64,000 bases of DNA from a virus (lineage: Duplodnaviria; Caudoviricetes), in the IMG/VR virus record IMGVR_UViG_2924263452_000001, positions 63,363-127,362 of that record; one strand, 5' to 3'. Below the pieces are notes generated by a model. The model saw only the letters and a list, made by a program, of their open reading frames with translations, was not told where the DNA came from and searched no databases. A program made the position numbers and the translations under genes. Positions 7,634 to 16,616 of the stretch are shown here, piece after piece; within the stretch, counting starts at the first letter, position 1; every line of letters begins with the position of its first letter.

Positions 7634-8916
7634 ATAGCGTCCTCCTTTTCTTTACAAAACTGGAAAAAGTGTCGTCTGTTACCATCTACGCAATATTTTT
7701 TAATTTCATTATCTGTAAAGTCAGTATTTGCGATAATTTGAGTTAATATTTCTCTCCATTCAGGGTTTCCCTTTAAAATGCTGCTTATCATTATATAATA
7801 GTTAATCGCCAGATAATGAACTGACCATTTTGTTTTCTTTACCTTCGCAAAATTACTAAAATCACCATACATAATTTTTGTAAGATAATTCATAAATGTA
7901 ATCAACCAGTCTCTTAATTCATCCTGATCTGCTTTTGTTTTTAACAATTCTACATCATAATATCTTGATATAGCCTCTGCAAATTCAATATATAGAATAA
8001 AGCCGCTTCCTCTTCTAAGTTCAACGCCATCTTTCGTAATATTCTTTACATACAACTCATCTGCATCACTACTTCTCATAATTGAGTCAACAATCTTATT
8101 CTGTACAGTCAGCTTCATAGCATCTTTGTGGCGTTTTGGAATAGGAACAGTTGTCCATTCCTGATTTAAGATTCTTCTGGTGTCTGTTGCGGTTAAATAT
8201 GTGAAAAATATACCAAATTTATCATCCTGATGTTTTGTAGATAATTCACACGCAATAGAACGATGATTTCCGTCTGGTACAATAATTGTTCCTGATGTTA
8301 TTGTCAAAGTTTCATTATCCTCATTATAAACTGGAGGATCAGCTTCACCGTCGTCCATCAGATTAAATCTTATACCATTATAAAAGAACTCACCGTTATT
8401 TATAAGATTTGCAATTTCTCTAGCACTTTTCTTATTTACTTTTGTTTTTAACTCACCGTATTTATCTTTTTTATAGTTTCGCTGCAACTCAGGTATGATT
8501 TGTAGTTTATTGGCATTTTTCAGTTTCTTAATTTCGCCTACACTTAACGGAAACATATATTGATTATCGGCAAGCTTTTGTACATGCTTAAAAACGATTC
8601 CATTTTTATAACTATTATTATCATTTTCTGGATCGTAATATTTATAATTCATAATTTCTGCTGGTTCAAAATAATCTTCTATTTTCCCAACAGTTTTTGA
8701 TACTTTTGAGGCAGCATTTAAAATCCAATATAATTCTGCATCGCTTGCATCTTCAAGTGAATATCTTCCAGACAGCATCTTTAAGAAATCACCTGTTGTA
8801 ATCTTATTGTCATGCATGATTTCTTCTTCAAGCTCTTTAGTCTTTGCTGGGCTAATACCCATAATGAATGATTTCACTTTTTCAATTAACTGATTCCTAC
8901 TGTCTGTTGATTTCAT
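7615..8916 (-). CDS. DndB/DGQHR ParB-superfamily protein (YopQ-like)
   Basis: ELQR, I..L...GEF, IRFN, IVPDGNHR motifs. Confidence 0.65.
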   Translation of the reverse strand: MKSTDSRNQLIEKVKSFIMGISPAKTKELEEEIMHDNKITTGDFLKMLSGRYSLEDASDAELYWILNAASKVSKTVGKIEDYFEPAEIMNYKYYDPENDNNSYKNGIVFKHVQKLADNQYMFPLSVGEIKKLKNANKLQIIPELQRNYKKDKYGELKTKVNKKSAREIANLINNGEFFYNGIRFNLMDDGEADPPVYNEDNETLTITSGTIIVPDGNHRSIACELSTKHQDDKFGIFFTYLTATDTRRILNQEWTTVPIPKRHKDAMKLTVQNKIVDSIMRSSDADELYVKNITKDGVELRRGSGFILYIEFAEAISRYYDVELLKTKADQDELRDWLITFMNYLTKIMYGDFSNFAKVKKTKWSVHYLAINYYIMISSILKGNPEWREILTQIIANTDFTDNEIKKYCVDGNRRHFFQFCKEKEDAICTMIK

Positions 8917-9000
8917 GCGACTACCCCTTTCTATATTTTGTTATCTTTAAGATAACATATTTTTCAAGAGGTGTCAACATGAAAACAACAATTATTTCCT

Positions 9001-9282
9001 TTAGCTTATGTGGGTGCTCAATTCTTTCACGATTAAATCTCTTTCTTCATCTGTCATTTCCAGGTCTTTTTCTCGAATCTTCAGACAATCAGTATCGTTT
9101 TTTACAATTTCGACGCTTACAATATCATGGATTTCGTCATACACAATAATCGCCTCAAAATAAGAAGATTTATGTACAATAACTCCAAGTGCATCGCCAA
9201 AATCTACGTAATCATTTTTTGTGGATTTCTCAATAGCTTCTTTTACATTCACACACATGTTTTCTTGATAGTTAAACTTCAT
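9001..9282 (-). CDS. hypothetical protein
   Basis: 93-aa ORF with RBS directly behind a promoter. Confidence 0.6.
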   Translation of the reverse strand: MKFNYQENMCVNVKEAIEKSTKNDYVDFGDALGVIVHKSSYFEAIIVYDEIHDIVSVEIVKNDTDCLKIREKDLEMTDEERDLIVKELSTHIS

Positions 9283-9332
9283 TCCTCTATTCCCCTTTCG
9301 ACAGAATCCAAGTAGTAGCGAAATTTTCTAAT

Positions 9333-9376
9333 CGAACGTATGTTTTTATATTACTCTTAATAACAGCATACGTCAA
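9333..9376 (-). promoter_or_regulatory. sigma70 promoter with overlapping Gram-positive LexA (SOS) box
   Basis: TTGACG-N17-TAATAT (9376-9348); CGAAC-GTAT-GTTTT at 9333-9346 covering the predicted +1. Confidence 0.6.
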
Positions 9377-9386
9377 TAGAATATTT

Positions 9387-10631
9387 TCAAAATCTTGAAA
9401 TTCTTGCGACCTCAATTAATTTTTCATTATTATTTTCTACTGCCTCAGTAACCACAAGTTGCAAAAGTCCATTAAGATAATGACCAAGTTCAACATCTGG
9501 AACACCAATCTTCTTTAAATCATGTCCATTTATATCTAAATGTTTCAAATCATAACAATATTCACATGGATTTAAGCATATTTCTTCAACGATATCTTGT
9601 GCTTTATATAAGCACCGCATCATTAATTTGTCTGCATTTTCATCGTATATCATTTTTGCCAACTTAAAATTGATAGTTTTTATTATATCTTCTTTTTGAT
9701 ATTTCGATAATAAACGTCTTATATTCCCAACAGAATCCGTAATAAGTTCTTTTCTGCACTCCATAATATTACACACAGACTTTGAAACTTTGTTCGGGTA
9801 TTTTATAAGAATATCAACTACTTTATGATAATTCTCTATTTTAGCCATATCAATTAAAATCGCCAGCTTTTCGCATAAGTCATCACAGTTCTGAACCATA
9901 TCTATTGTTTTATCCCACTCTGTTATATTGGCAATGTCTGGCATAACATATTCCAAAATATCCTGGTATTCTTTCAATATATCAAAGTTACCACTAATTC
10001 CATCTGTGCAAATAGTCTTTATAAACTCACTTTGCTTTCTTTCAATCGCAATATGATCGAGTAACCCCATATGCTTTCTCATTGCTGTTGCAGTGCTTTC
10101 TTCTATTTTAAACTTGAATCTAACGGCAAATCTTAAAGCCCTAAGAATGCGAAGGGGATCTTCTCTGAATCTGTCATCCGGATTTCCTACGCATCTTATT
10201 ATTTTATTTTTAATATCATCAACACCATTATGTAAGTCAATGATATTTTCTCCGTCATAGGCAATTGCATTAATCGTAAAATCTCTTCGCAGCAAATCTT
10301 CAGCCAAATTTCTTGTGTAACTTACTGTATCAGGGCGACGATAATCCGTATATTTTCCATCAACTCTATATGTAGTTATCTCATATGGTTCATGGTCAAT
10401 TATTATTGTTACTGTACCATGCTTTAATCCAGCAGTCATAATACGGAAATCTTTGAATATTTCTATTATTTCTGTTGGCTGTGCTGATGTAGCAATATCC
10501 CAGTCGTGCGGCGTATATTCCATAATAGAATCTCTCACACATCCCCCAACAATAACCGCCTCATGTTTATTTTCTTTTATTTTGTTTAAAATCATTTTTA
10601 CATTACTTGGCATAATTATATCAAGGTTCAT
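9387..10631 (-). CDS. cca: class II tRNA nucleotidyltransferase (CCA-adding enzyme)
   Basis: VGGCVRD, DWDIATS, EITTYR, DLLRRDFTINA, EDPLRILRALRF, ERKQSE. Confidence 0.9.
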   Translation of the reverse strand: MNLDIIMPSNVKMILNKIKENKHEAVIVGGCVRDSIMEYTPHDWDIATSAQPTEIIEIFKDFRIMTAGLKHGTVTIIIDHEPYEITTYRVDGKYTDYRRPDTVSYTRNLAEDLLRRDFTINAIAYDGENIIDLHNGVDDIKNKIIRCVGNPDDRFREDPLRILRALRFAVRFKFKIEESTATAMRKHMGLLDHIAIERKQSEFIKTICTDGISGNFDILKEYQDILEYVMPDIANITEWDKTIDMVQNCDDLCEKLAILIDMAKIENYHKVVDILIKYPNKVSKSVCNIMECRKELITDSVGNIRRLLSKYQKEDIIKTINFKLAKMIYDENADKLMMRCLYKAQDIVEEICLNPCEYCYDLKHLDINGHDLKKIGVPDVELGHYLNGLLQLVVTEAVENNNEKLIEVARISRF

Positions 10632-10926
10632 AATTCTTTTTGTACACTCCTATCTCTGGTTTTCCATTTTTATCAACGATGTAATATGGAGATACAGACA
10701 TACAACCATCCCAGGTATCATAAAAATACCAATACATAACTTTTGTATTTTTATCATACACAAGGCTTTCTCTCTTAGTTGTATTATAATCTCGATGACT
10801 AATTTCTATAAGATCACCATAAACGAAAGTTTCTTCTCCATATTCATTTACAACTACTTCTTTCCCACATCCAGCAGTAGAAAACATAAGCGTTAATGCT
10901 GTTAAAAATACAATTGCCTTCTTCAT
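10621..10926 (-). CDS. small lipoprotein
   Basis: signal peptide with lipobox TAGC; YDKNTKVMY motif shared with 20250..20552. Confidence 0.7.
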   Translation of the reverse strand: MKKAIVFLTALTLMFSTAGCGKEVVVNEYGEETFVYGDLIEISHRDYNTTKRESLVYDKNTKVMYWYFYDTWDGCMSVSPYYIVDKNGKPEIGVYKKNYEP

Positions 10927-11007
10927 ATTAATACACCTCCTGATTACTAAATCTCATTTTACCATATATGTCATAATATGTAAATATTTATTTCTTTTAA
11001 CTGGAAA

Positions 11008-12168
11008 TTATTTCCAGGAACATTTAGTTCTTAGAATGTGTTCTTTATTCATTTCAACAAGTATTTCATAAGTAGCCTCTTTATCTGGCTGTTCTGGTAA
11101 TGATGTATTTTCTGCAGCGTACTTCATCTTCTTTTCAAGATTATCAACCAACTCAAAAAATTCAGAACGATACGTCCCATCCGATTTTTGATATTCACCG
11201 TTACGAATGCTCATAAGTAAGTCGTGATCTTCTTCCCGGTATGTAATGATTTCTTCTTTTGTTAAAATATCAATACACATAAGATACAGTCGAACAAGAT
11301 GCATAGCGTGCTTGTTAAGGTGTAAATCATCTTTTTTAGTATTTCTCTTACCCAGTTTGTCGTAATCTTTTACGATGGTGTTAATTTCATTCCATATATT
11401 CCTGTAATCTCTTAGGGGGTAATGGTGTAAAACTACGTCACAAAACATTTCCACTTCCATATCTTCCCTTTCAGAGACATCCGAATATAGCTCAATACTG
11501 CCATATTCAAACTGTTTCATATTCTCCATGCGGCGCATTGCGGTATTATATTCACTAAATGCGTGCCGTAAAGCCCCATGATCGCCACAAAATGAGTATT
11601 TTATTGGTTCGCCATTGATTTTATGATACCGGCTCACAATGTCCTCCATAGCATGTGTGATTGAACCCAGGATATGTTTTTCTTTTTCTGCTTGTGGGTA
11701 TGAATCTCTTGCAAGCGCATTCTGCAGTCTGCGTAACTGGCTATTCGCATATCCACCAAAAGTTTTAATTGCCCTCCTGGACAAGAAGATTTTTCTGTTA
11801 TCAAGAAGTAACTGCCCTTCTGGACTGATAATAAAGTAGTGTTCTGGCTTACATCCAAGAATTTCTATGCAGTTAGGATTACAAGAAAGCAACAAGTCAA
11901 TCATTTTGTTCAATCCATAAATTACAGTATCGGTGTTGCGATCCTCGAACTGCTCAAACTCAATGTTTCCAAGTAAACTTTCGATAGGATTAAAAGTGAT
12001 TCCTCGAATGTCCGTATCTGATGTAGCAATATTCGTACCATAGGCGTGACTGCCACCATATGTAAGAAGAATAACATTATCTCCTAATGCTGGATCTTCT
12101 GTTAAAAAAGCATAATCCTTATTTGCCAGAAATTCCCAGTTCATGTTCTTTTCACTCATTTTCTTCAC
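11008..12168 (-). CDS. Pol-beta superfamily nucleotidyltransferase (RlaP/YcgL-like)
   Basis: GSHAYGT..SDTDIRG, NPNCIE, KHAMHLVRL, IRNG motifs. Confidence 0.85.
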   Translation of the reverse strand: MKKMSEKNMNWEFLANKDYAFLTEDPALGDNVILLTYGGSHAYGTNIATSDTDIRGITFNPIESLLGNIEFEQFEDRNTDTVIYGLNKMIDLLLSCNPNCIEILGCKPEHYFIISPEGQLLLDNRKIFLSRRAIKTFGGYANSQLRRLQNALARDSYPQAEKEKHILGSITHAMEDIVSRYHKINGEPIKYSFCGDHGALRHAFSEYNTAMRRMENMKQFEYGSIELYSDVSEREDMEVEMFCDVVLHHYPLRDYRNIWNEINTIVKDYDKLGKRNTKKDDLHLNKHAMHLVRLYLMCIDILTKEEIITYREEDHDLLMSIRNGEYQKSDGTYRSEFFELVDNLEKKMKYAAENTSLPEQPDKEATYEILVEMNKEHILRTKCSWK

Positions 12169-12547
12169 TCCGTTCTTTATTCATAATCGGCTGCAATACA
12201 TTTTCGATAAAGTCATCGGAAAGTTCCGGGCGATCTGTGCCGTTACATTTAAGCACAACTTCACAACCCCAAGTTAAAACGCCACAATAATTAAGTGGCA
12301 GATTAGTAAGAATTGCTTTTATCTCACCATAGAAACCATCGTCATTATATTTCTTTTTATCTTCTGGTGTTACCCATCCCCAGGTACTTTCTCCACATCC
12401 ATCAGCATCTTCCGGTGGAATATAGAATTTAATACATCCAGCCTTAAACTCTTCTTCTGATAATGACTCAATAAAATCGCCTTTATAAACCATACCACGT
12501 TCCTTGAACAGTTTCTTGATTTCTTCAATGTTCTCTGTATTACCCAT
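12152..12547 (-). CDS. hypothetical protein
   Basis: 131-aa ORF overlapping neighbours in an operon. Confidence 0.6.
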   Translation of the reverse strand: MGNTENIEEIKKLFKERGMVYKGDFIESLSEEEFKAGCIKFYIPPEDADGCGESTWGWVTPEDKKKYNDDGFYGEIKAILTNLPLNYCGVLTWGCEVVLKCNGTDRPELSDDFIENVLQPIMNKERSEENE

Positions 12548-13031
12548 TTCTTCTCTCCAATTCTTTATAGATATACTTTTTCATTTTTTCTTCAGCTTCC
12601 ATCATCCACCAATATTTGCCGTATACATCTCGCACAGTTCCGCCACTATATACATAATAGTGTTTGAGTGGCAAATCCTTATACTCTGGCAAAAACAGGT
12701 CAACATGCCGCTTTACCTTATACCAAATAGCTCTAATGATACGATCCTCGAAATCTTCTATCGGATTTTCAATAGGATAATACAATCGCAACTGAGTGCC
12801 ACATTTCTTCGCATCATATCCAGATAGCTCTCTTAGTTCATCTTTTGCCGGACATTCATCTGAAATACCAAGCCAAAACCAATACGCCTCTACAGACATA
12901 AACTTTCCGTCTTTTGTCTCTATTTCTTGCCTGTAGAAATTGCTCAACATGCGTCCAAGTTCTGTTTGACTCCCACTGTACACATTGATATGATTTTTGC
13001 CATCCATGTTCGGATCGAGTCTTTTCATCAT
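12540..13031 (-). CDS. phage NADAR-like protein (possible ADP-ribosylhydrolase)
   Basis: HINVYS...LGRMLSNF...GKFMSVEAYW, LSGYDAKK, PLKHYY resemble T4 gp30.3-type NADAR. Confidence 0.6.
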   Translation of the reverse strand: MMKRLDPNMDGKNHINVYSGSQTELGRMLSNFYRQEIETKDGKFMSVEAYWFWLGISDECPAKDELRELSGYDAKKCGTQLRLYYPIENPIEDFEDRIIRAIWYKVKRHVDLFLPEYKDLPLKHYYVYSGGTVRDVYGKYWWMMEAEEKMKKYIYKELERRNG

Positions 13032-13348
13032 ATTACCTTCTTATATAATTCTGGAAGTGGTTGCCAGGCTGTAACAGAAGCTCCAAGATTTCTGCTATAA
13101 CTCCACGAATTACTATATTCCCAATACATTCGCTTCACGACAGTAACACGGTTGTTTTTCAATGACACCATGACCGTCACTTCTCTTCGTTTCTTTTCAC
13201 TATCATTAAAAAATTCTTCTGGCTTATAAATTGCAGAAATCCAACCATTTTCATCACGATATTTTTCTATCAATTCTTTATTAAAAATTTCTTTTCTCAT
13301 AATCCCACTTTTTATTCCCATTAAATACTCTAACAAATACATGTACAT
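13028..13348 (-). CDS. hypothetical protein (DUF551-like C-terminus); true start probably near 13300
   Basis: GWIS...VTAWQPLPE motif. Confidence 0.55.
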   Translation of the reverse strand: MYMYLLEYLMGIKSGIMRKEIFNKELIEKYRDENGWISAIYKPEEFFNDSEKKRREVTVMVSLKNNRVTVVKRMYWEYSNSWSYSRNLGASVTAWQPLPELYKKVI

Positions 13349-13646
13349 GTGTATTTTTGTAATTTTCTATAAGTTCATTTTTATCCATTTTTGAATAATA
13401 CACTTTCCATTTAGAATACACATCTTCTGGAACTTCATTATCTTTCAATGATTCTGTAAATATTTCTAACTTATTACAACAACAATACTCTTTTGTATTA
13501 TCATATTCTCTCCCACATATGAAAAATTCAGCACTTTGGTATATAATTTTTTCATCAATAGGAAGATCGTGTATTCCCATGTACAAAACGTATTCACCTT
13601 TATAGGGTATTTCTTTTGCCTCAATCACTAATGGTTTCATATACAA
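13281..13646 (-). CDS. hypothetical protein
   Basis: 121-aa ORF with RBS. Confidence 0.5.
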   Translation of the reverse strand: MYMKPLVIEAKEIPYKGEYVLYMGIHDLPIDEKIIYQSAEFFICGREYDNTKEYCCCNKLEIFTESLKDNEVPEDVYSKWKVYYSKMDKNELIENYKNTHVHVFVRVFNGNKKWDYEKRNF

Positions 13647-13663
13647 TTATTCCTCTTATAGTA

Positions 13664-13693
13664 ATGGCGGAACAGAATAAATCCTGTTCCACC
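13664..13693 (-). terminator. hairpin ending the Ter/Psp operon
   Basis: tggcggaacag...ctgttccacca inverted repeat. Confidence 0.55.
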
Positions 13694-13702
13694 AAACATA
13701 CT

Positions 13703-13798
13703 TTATCTTTTATGTTTTTTAGCTTTTGCAATACCGAAACCAACAACAAAAGCTGTTGCGATACAAACGACAAATGCTCCGATATTTATAACAATCAT
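13703..13798 (-). CDS. 31-aa single-TM microprotein coupled to PspA (absent from ORF track)
   Basis: MIVINIGAFVVCIATAFVVGFGIAKAKKHKR; TAATG stop/start overlap with the PspA gene. Confidence 0.7.
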   Translation of the reverse strand: MIVINIGAFVVCIATAFVVGFGIAKAKKHKR

Positions 13799-14565
13799 TA
13801 TTTGTTACCTCGTCTACGTCTCATTTCTGCCAGAATATCATCAGCTTCGCGATTTCTTTCTTGCGCTTCCATTCTACGGTTCATAGCTTCAGAACTGGTA
13901 TCATATGCAATTTGAGCACCTGCAGCACGTTCTCTGGTTCTCTGCGCACCCTCTCTTACTCTTTCAAGCATACGATCACTTTCGCTTGAACTTGCACTTG
14001 CATTCATTCCCTCATGTAAAGAAATAATCTGCTGATCTGCTTCCATCTGGTAAACTGTTCTTTCTTTTTCTTCTTTGAGTTCATCAAGCTCCTGCTTAAT
14101 TGCATTGCGGATTTCTTCCTGCTGTTCTTTTGCTTTTTTGTACTCTTCGATAGTTTCCTTTAATGTATTGATTTTTCCCTGAACAGTAACTTTTTTCATT
14201 GCATACTGTCTGGCATTTTCTTCATCACCAGAATCAAAGCAACTGTTAATAGATTTGTCAATCTTCATTAACTCTTTCTTTAAGTCGTACTGCTCTTTCT
14301 CTGCTTCATCCAGCTTCCCAGCAATTTCTGTATATGACCGTTCTGCATTGCTGTATAAAGTTTCTTTTTCTCTAATTGCATTGTTGAAATAATCTCTTGC
14401 ACCATCTGGTGTAGAAGCATCCTGTCTCACTACTTCTTCGGTTCTTCCTCTAAACTTGATTACAAGCTGCTTAAAGAATGTTTTATTGACTATTAGTGCC
14501 ACTACTGCAACAACAACCAAAAGGCAAATACAAAAAATTACTACGTTACTTGTACCTACTGTCAT
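13798..14565 (-). CDS. PspA/IM30-like coiled-coil protein with N-terminal TM anchor
   Basis: TM helix then long coiled coil, GDEENAR, AGAQIA pattern. Confidence 0.7.
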   Translation of the reverse strand: MTVGTSNVVIFCICLLVVVAVVALIVNKTFFKQLVIKFRGRTEEVVRQDASTPDGARDYFNNAIREKETLYSNAERSYTEIAGKLDEAEKEQYDLKKELMKIDKSINSCFDSGDEENARQYAMKKVTVQGKINTLKETIEEYKKAKEQQEEIRNAIKQELDELKEEKERTVYQMEADQQIISLHEGMNASASSSESDRMLERVREGAQRTRERAAGAQIAYDTSSEAMNRRMEAQERNREADDILAEMRRRRGNK

Positions 14566-14566
14566 T

Positions 14567-15145
14567 TTACGCTACCTCAATTCCAAATTTTTCACAGAGT
14601 TCTTCAAGCCCTCTTACAACACCCTCACCGATTGCGTGGAATTTCCAATCATTTCCATCACGATAAATTTCTCCGGCAATAATAGCAGTAGAATTTCCGA
14701 ACTTTTCTTTAAGATCATATCTTGCGATTTCTTTTCCATTCTTGTTATTAATAACGCGAATGTATGAGTTATCAACCATTCCAAAATTCTGCATACGGCG
14801 TTCTGCTTCAAAGATAGTTGCACAAAATACAATTCTTTCTGCATATTTTGGCAGTTTTTCAAGAATGACCTTAATAACCTCATCATCTCCATCGCCAGAT
14901 CCGGTAAGATTATCACCACTATGTATAACACCACCGCTCGGATGTTCAAGGTTATTGTAGAATATAAAATCTTCATCGCATCTTGTCATTCCAGTTTTTG
15001 TAACAACAAAAGCGGATGCATCTAAATCAAAATCTCCATCGTCATCGTATTTTGCTGTGTCCCAACCAAGACATACAGAGATTCCGTCTACAATACTATC
15101 TTTTGATAATGCAACTCTTTCTCCCTTTTTAAGACTTACTGACAT
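14567..15145 (-). CDS. terD: TerD family protein
   Basis: [42 protein letters not shown]. Confidence 0.92.
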   Translation of the reverse strand: MSVSLKKGERVALSKDSIVDGISVCLGWDTAKYDDDGDFDLDASAFVVTKTGMTRCDEDFIFYNNLEHPSGGVIHSGDNLTGSGDGDDEVIKVILEKLPKYAERIVFCATIFEAERRMQNFGMVDNSYIRVINNKNGKEIARYDLKEKFGNSTAIIAGEIYRDGNDWKFHAIGEGVVRGLEELCEKFGIEVA

Positions 15146-15163
15146 GTTACTTTATCTCCTTCC

Positions 15164-15817
15164 TTATTTATATCTTTTTGCCATATCTGGAATACTGCTA
15201 TCATGTGTTCCTTCTCCGATGGCTTTAAACTGCCACTCGTTGTTTTCATCACGATATAATTCACCAACAATAAGTGCTGTACATCTGTTATAATCATCTG
15301 TAAGATTGTAGCGACAGATTTCTTCTTTGGTTGCATCATCTACGATTCTTGTATAACAGTTTTTAATCATTCCGAAATGCTGCCCTCTTACCCTGCAGTT
15401 ATAAATATTCACGGCTACAACTAACTTTTTAATATCTTCTGGCATTTTCTTCAGATCAATTGCAATCTGTTCATCATCATTCCTTTTACCTGTTCCACCA
15501 ACAAGGTTGTCGCCTCTGTGCTTAATGCAACCACTGTCATGTGTAAGGTTTCCATAATAAACAATATCATCAGATCTTGTCAGACCACATTCTGCAACTT
15601 CTTCTGTTTTTGTTTTTGAGAAAAGCCCGAACAGCCCAGATGTTATTTTCTTTGAGATTTGTTTTGTGGATTCACGAAGTACGAACACAGAAGAATCACA
15701 ATCAATACTGTTTCCATTCTGTGCCATATCCCATCCAAGTCCTACAGTTACATTTGCCAGTTTCTCTACTGCTTTTGAAAGATTTACTTTTTGTCCTTTT
15801 GTTAAACTTACCGCCAT
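15164..15817 (-). CDS. TerD/TerZ family protein
   Basis: SLTKGQKVNL, GLGWD, DCDSS, GDNL, DDEQI, WQFKAIGEG. Confidence 0.9.
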   Translation of the reverse strand: MAVSLTKGQKVNLSKAVEKLANVTVGLGWDMAQNGNSIDCDSSVFVLRESTKQISKKITSGLFGLFSKTKTEEVAECGLTRSDDIVYYGNLTHDSGCIKHRGDNLVGGTGKRNDDEQIAIDLKKMPEDIKKLVVAVNIYNCRVRGQHFGMIKNCYTRIVDDATKEEICRYNLTDDYNRCTALIVGELYRDENNEWQFKAIGEGTHDSSIPDMAKRYK

Positions 15818-15834
15818 TCTTTATTTCCTCCTAC

Positions 15835-16401
15835 TTAAACCCCGAAGCTATTGCAAAGTGCCTGTAAACCGCCAGAATATCCCTGTCCGATTGCATTGAA
15901 CTTCCATTCTCCATTGTGGCGGTACAGTTCGCCAAGAACCATTGCTGTCTCTGTTGAATAATCTTCTCCAAGGTCATAACGAATCATTTCTTCATTTGTT
16001 TCTTTATTCACCATTCTAATATGAGAGTTTGAAACCATACCGAAGTTCTGTAATCTTTCTTCTGCCATATAGATAGTTACAGTAAATGCAACTTTTTCAA
16101 TATCATCAGGAATTTTTGTCAGATCAACGATAATCTGCTCATCATCTCCATTGCCTGAACCAGTGAGATTATCTCCCATATGCTGAACTGCGCCACTTGG
16201 ATGCTTTTTATTGTTAAAGTATATAAAGTCTTTATCACTCTTTACTTTTCCATTTGCACCGAGAAGAAATGCTGATGCATCCAGGTCAAAATCATCACCG
16301 TCATACTTATTTGCATCCCATCCAAGACCGACGATAATTTGCTTTAATCCTTCATTTCCTTTTGTAAGATCCACTTTCTGTCCTTTTACTAAACTTACCA
16401 T
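15835..16401 (-). CDS. terD: TerD family protein
   Basis: [38 protein letters not shown]. Confidence 0.93.
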   Translation of the reverse strand: MVSLVKGQKVDLTKGNEGLKQIIVGLGWDANKYDGDDFDLDASAFLLGANGKVKSDKDFIYFNNKKHPSGAVQHMGDNLTGSGNGDDEQIIVDLTKIPDDIEKVAFTVTIYMAEERLQNFGMVSNSHIRMVNKETNEEMIRYDLGEDYSTETAMVLGELYRHNGEWKFNAIGQGYSGGLQALCNSFGV

Positions 16402-16419
16402 TTTATTTCTCCTTATTAT

Positions 16420-16608
16420 TTATTTTGTTTTACAGGAGCGGCTTTTTCGCCACTCCCTATTTATTAAATAAAACGAAATCGGATATGCCATAATGGTCAA
16501 AAAGATAAATGGTAAAAATTTTATTAGGCATGTTAAGATTAATCCAGTCGCATAACAAATCAATGTAATATTCTCAACTCTCTTATGCTCTTTATCTCTT
16601 TTAACCAT
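16420..16608 (-). CDS. small membrane protein
   Basis: 62 aa, hydrophobic hairpin, in operon. Confidence 0.55.
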   Translation of the reverse strand: MVKRDKEHKRVENITLICYATGLILTCLIKFLPFIFLTIMAYPISFYLINREWRKSRSCKTK

Positions 16609-16616
16609 ATGATTTC

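Noticed and set aside
7615-8916. Phosphorothioation (dnd) system
   Set aside because: Only a DndB-like domain; no dndA/C/D/E in the window, and the context fits the SPbeta yopQ-yopR pair.
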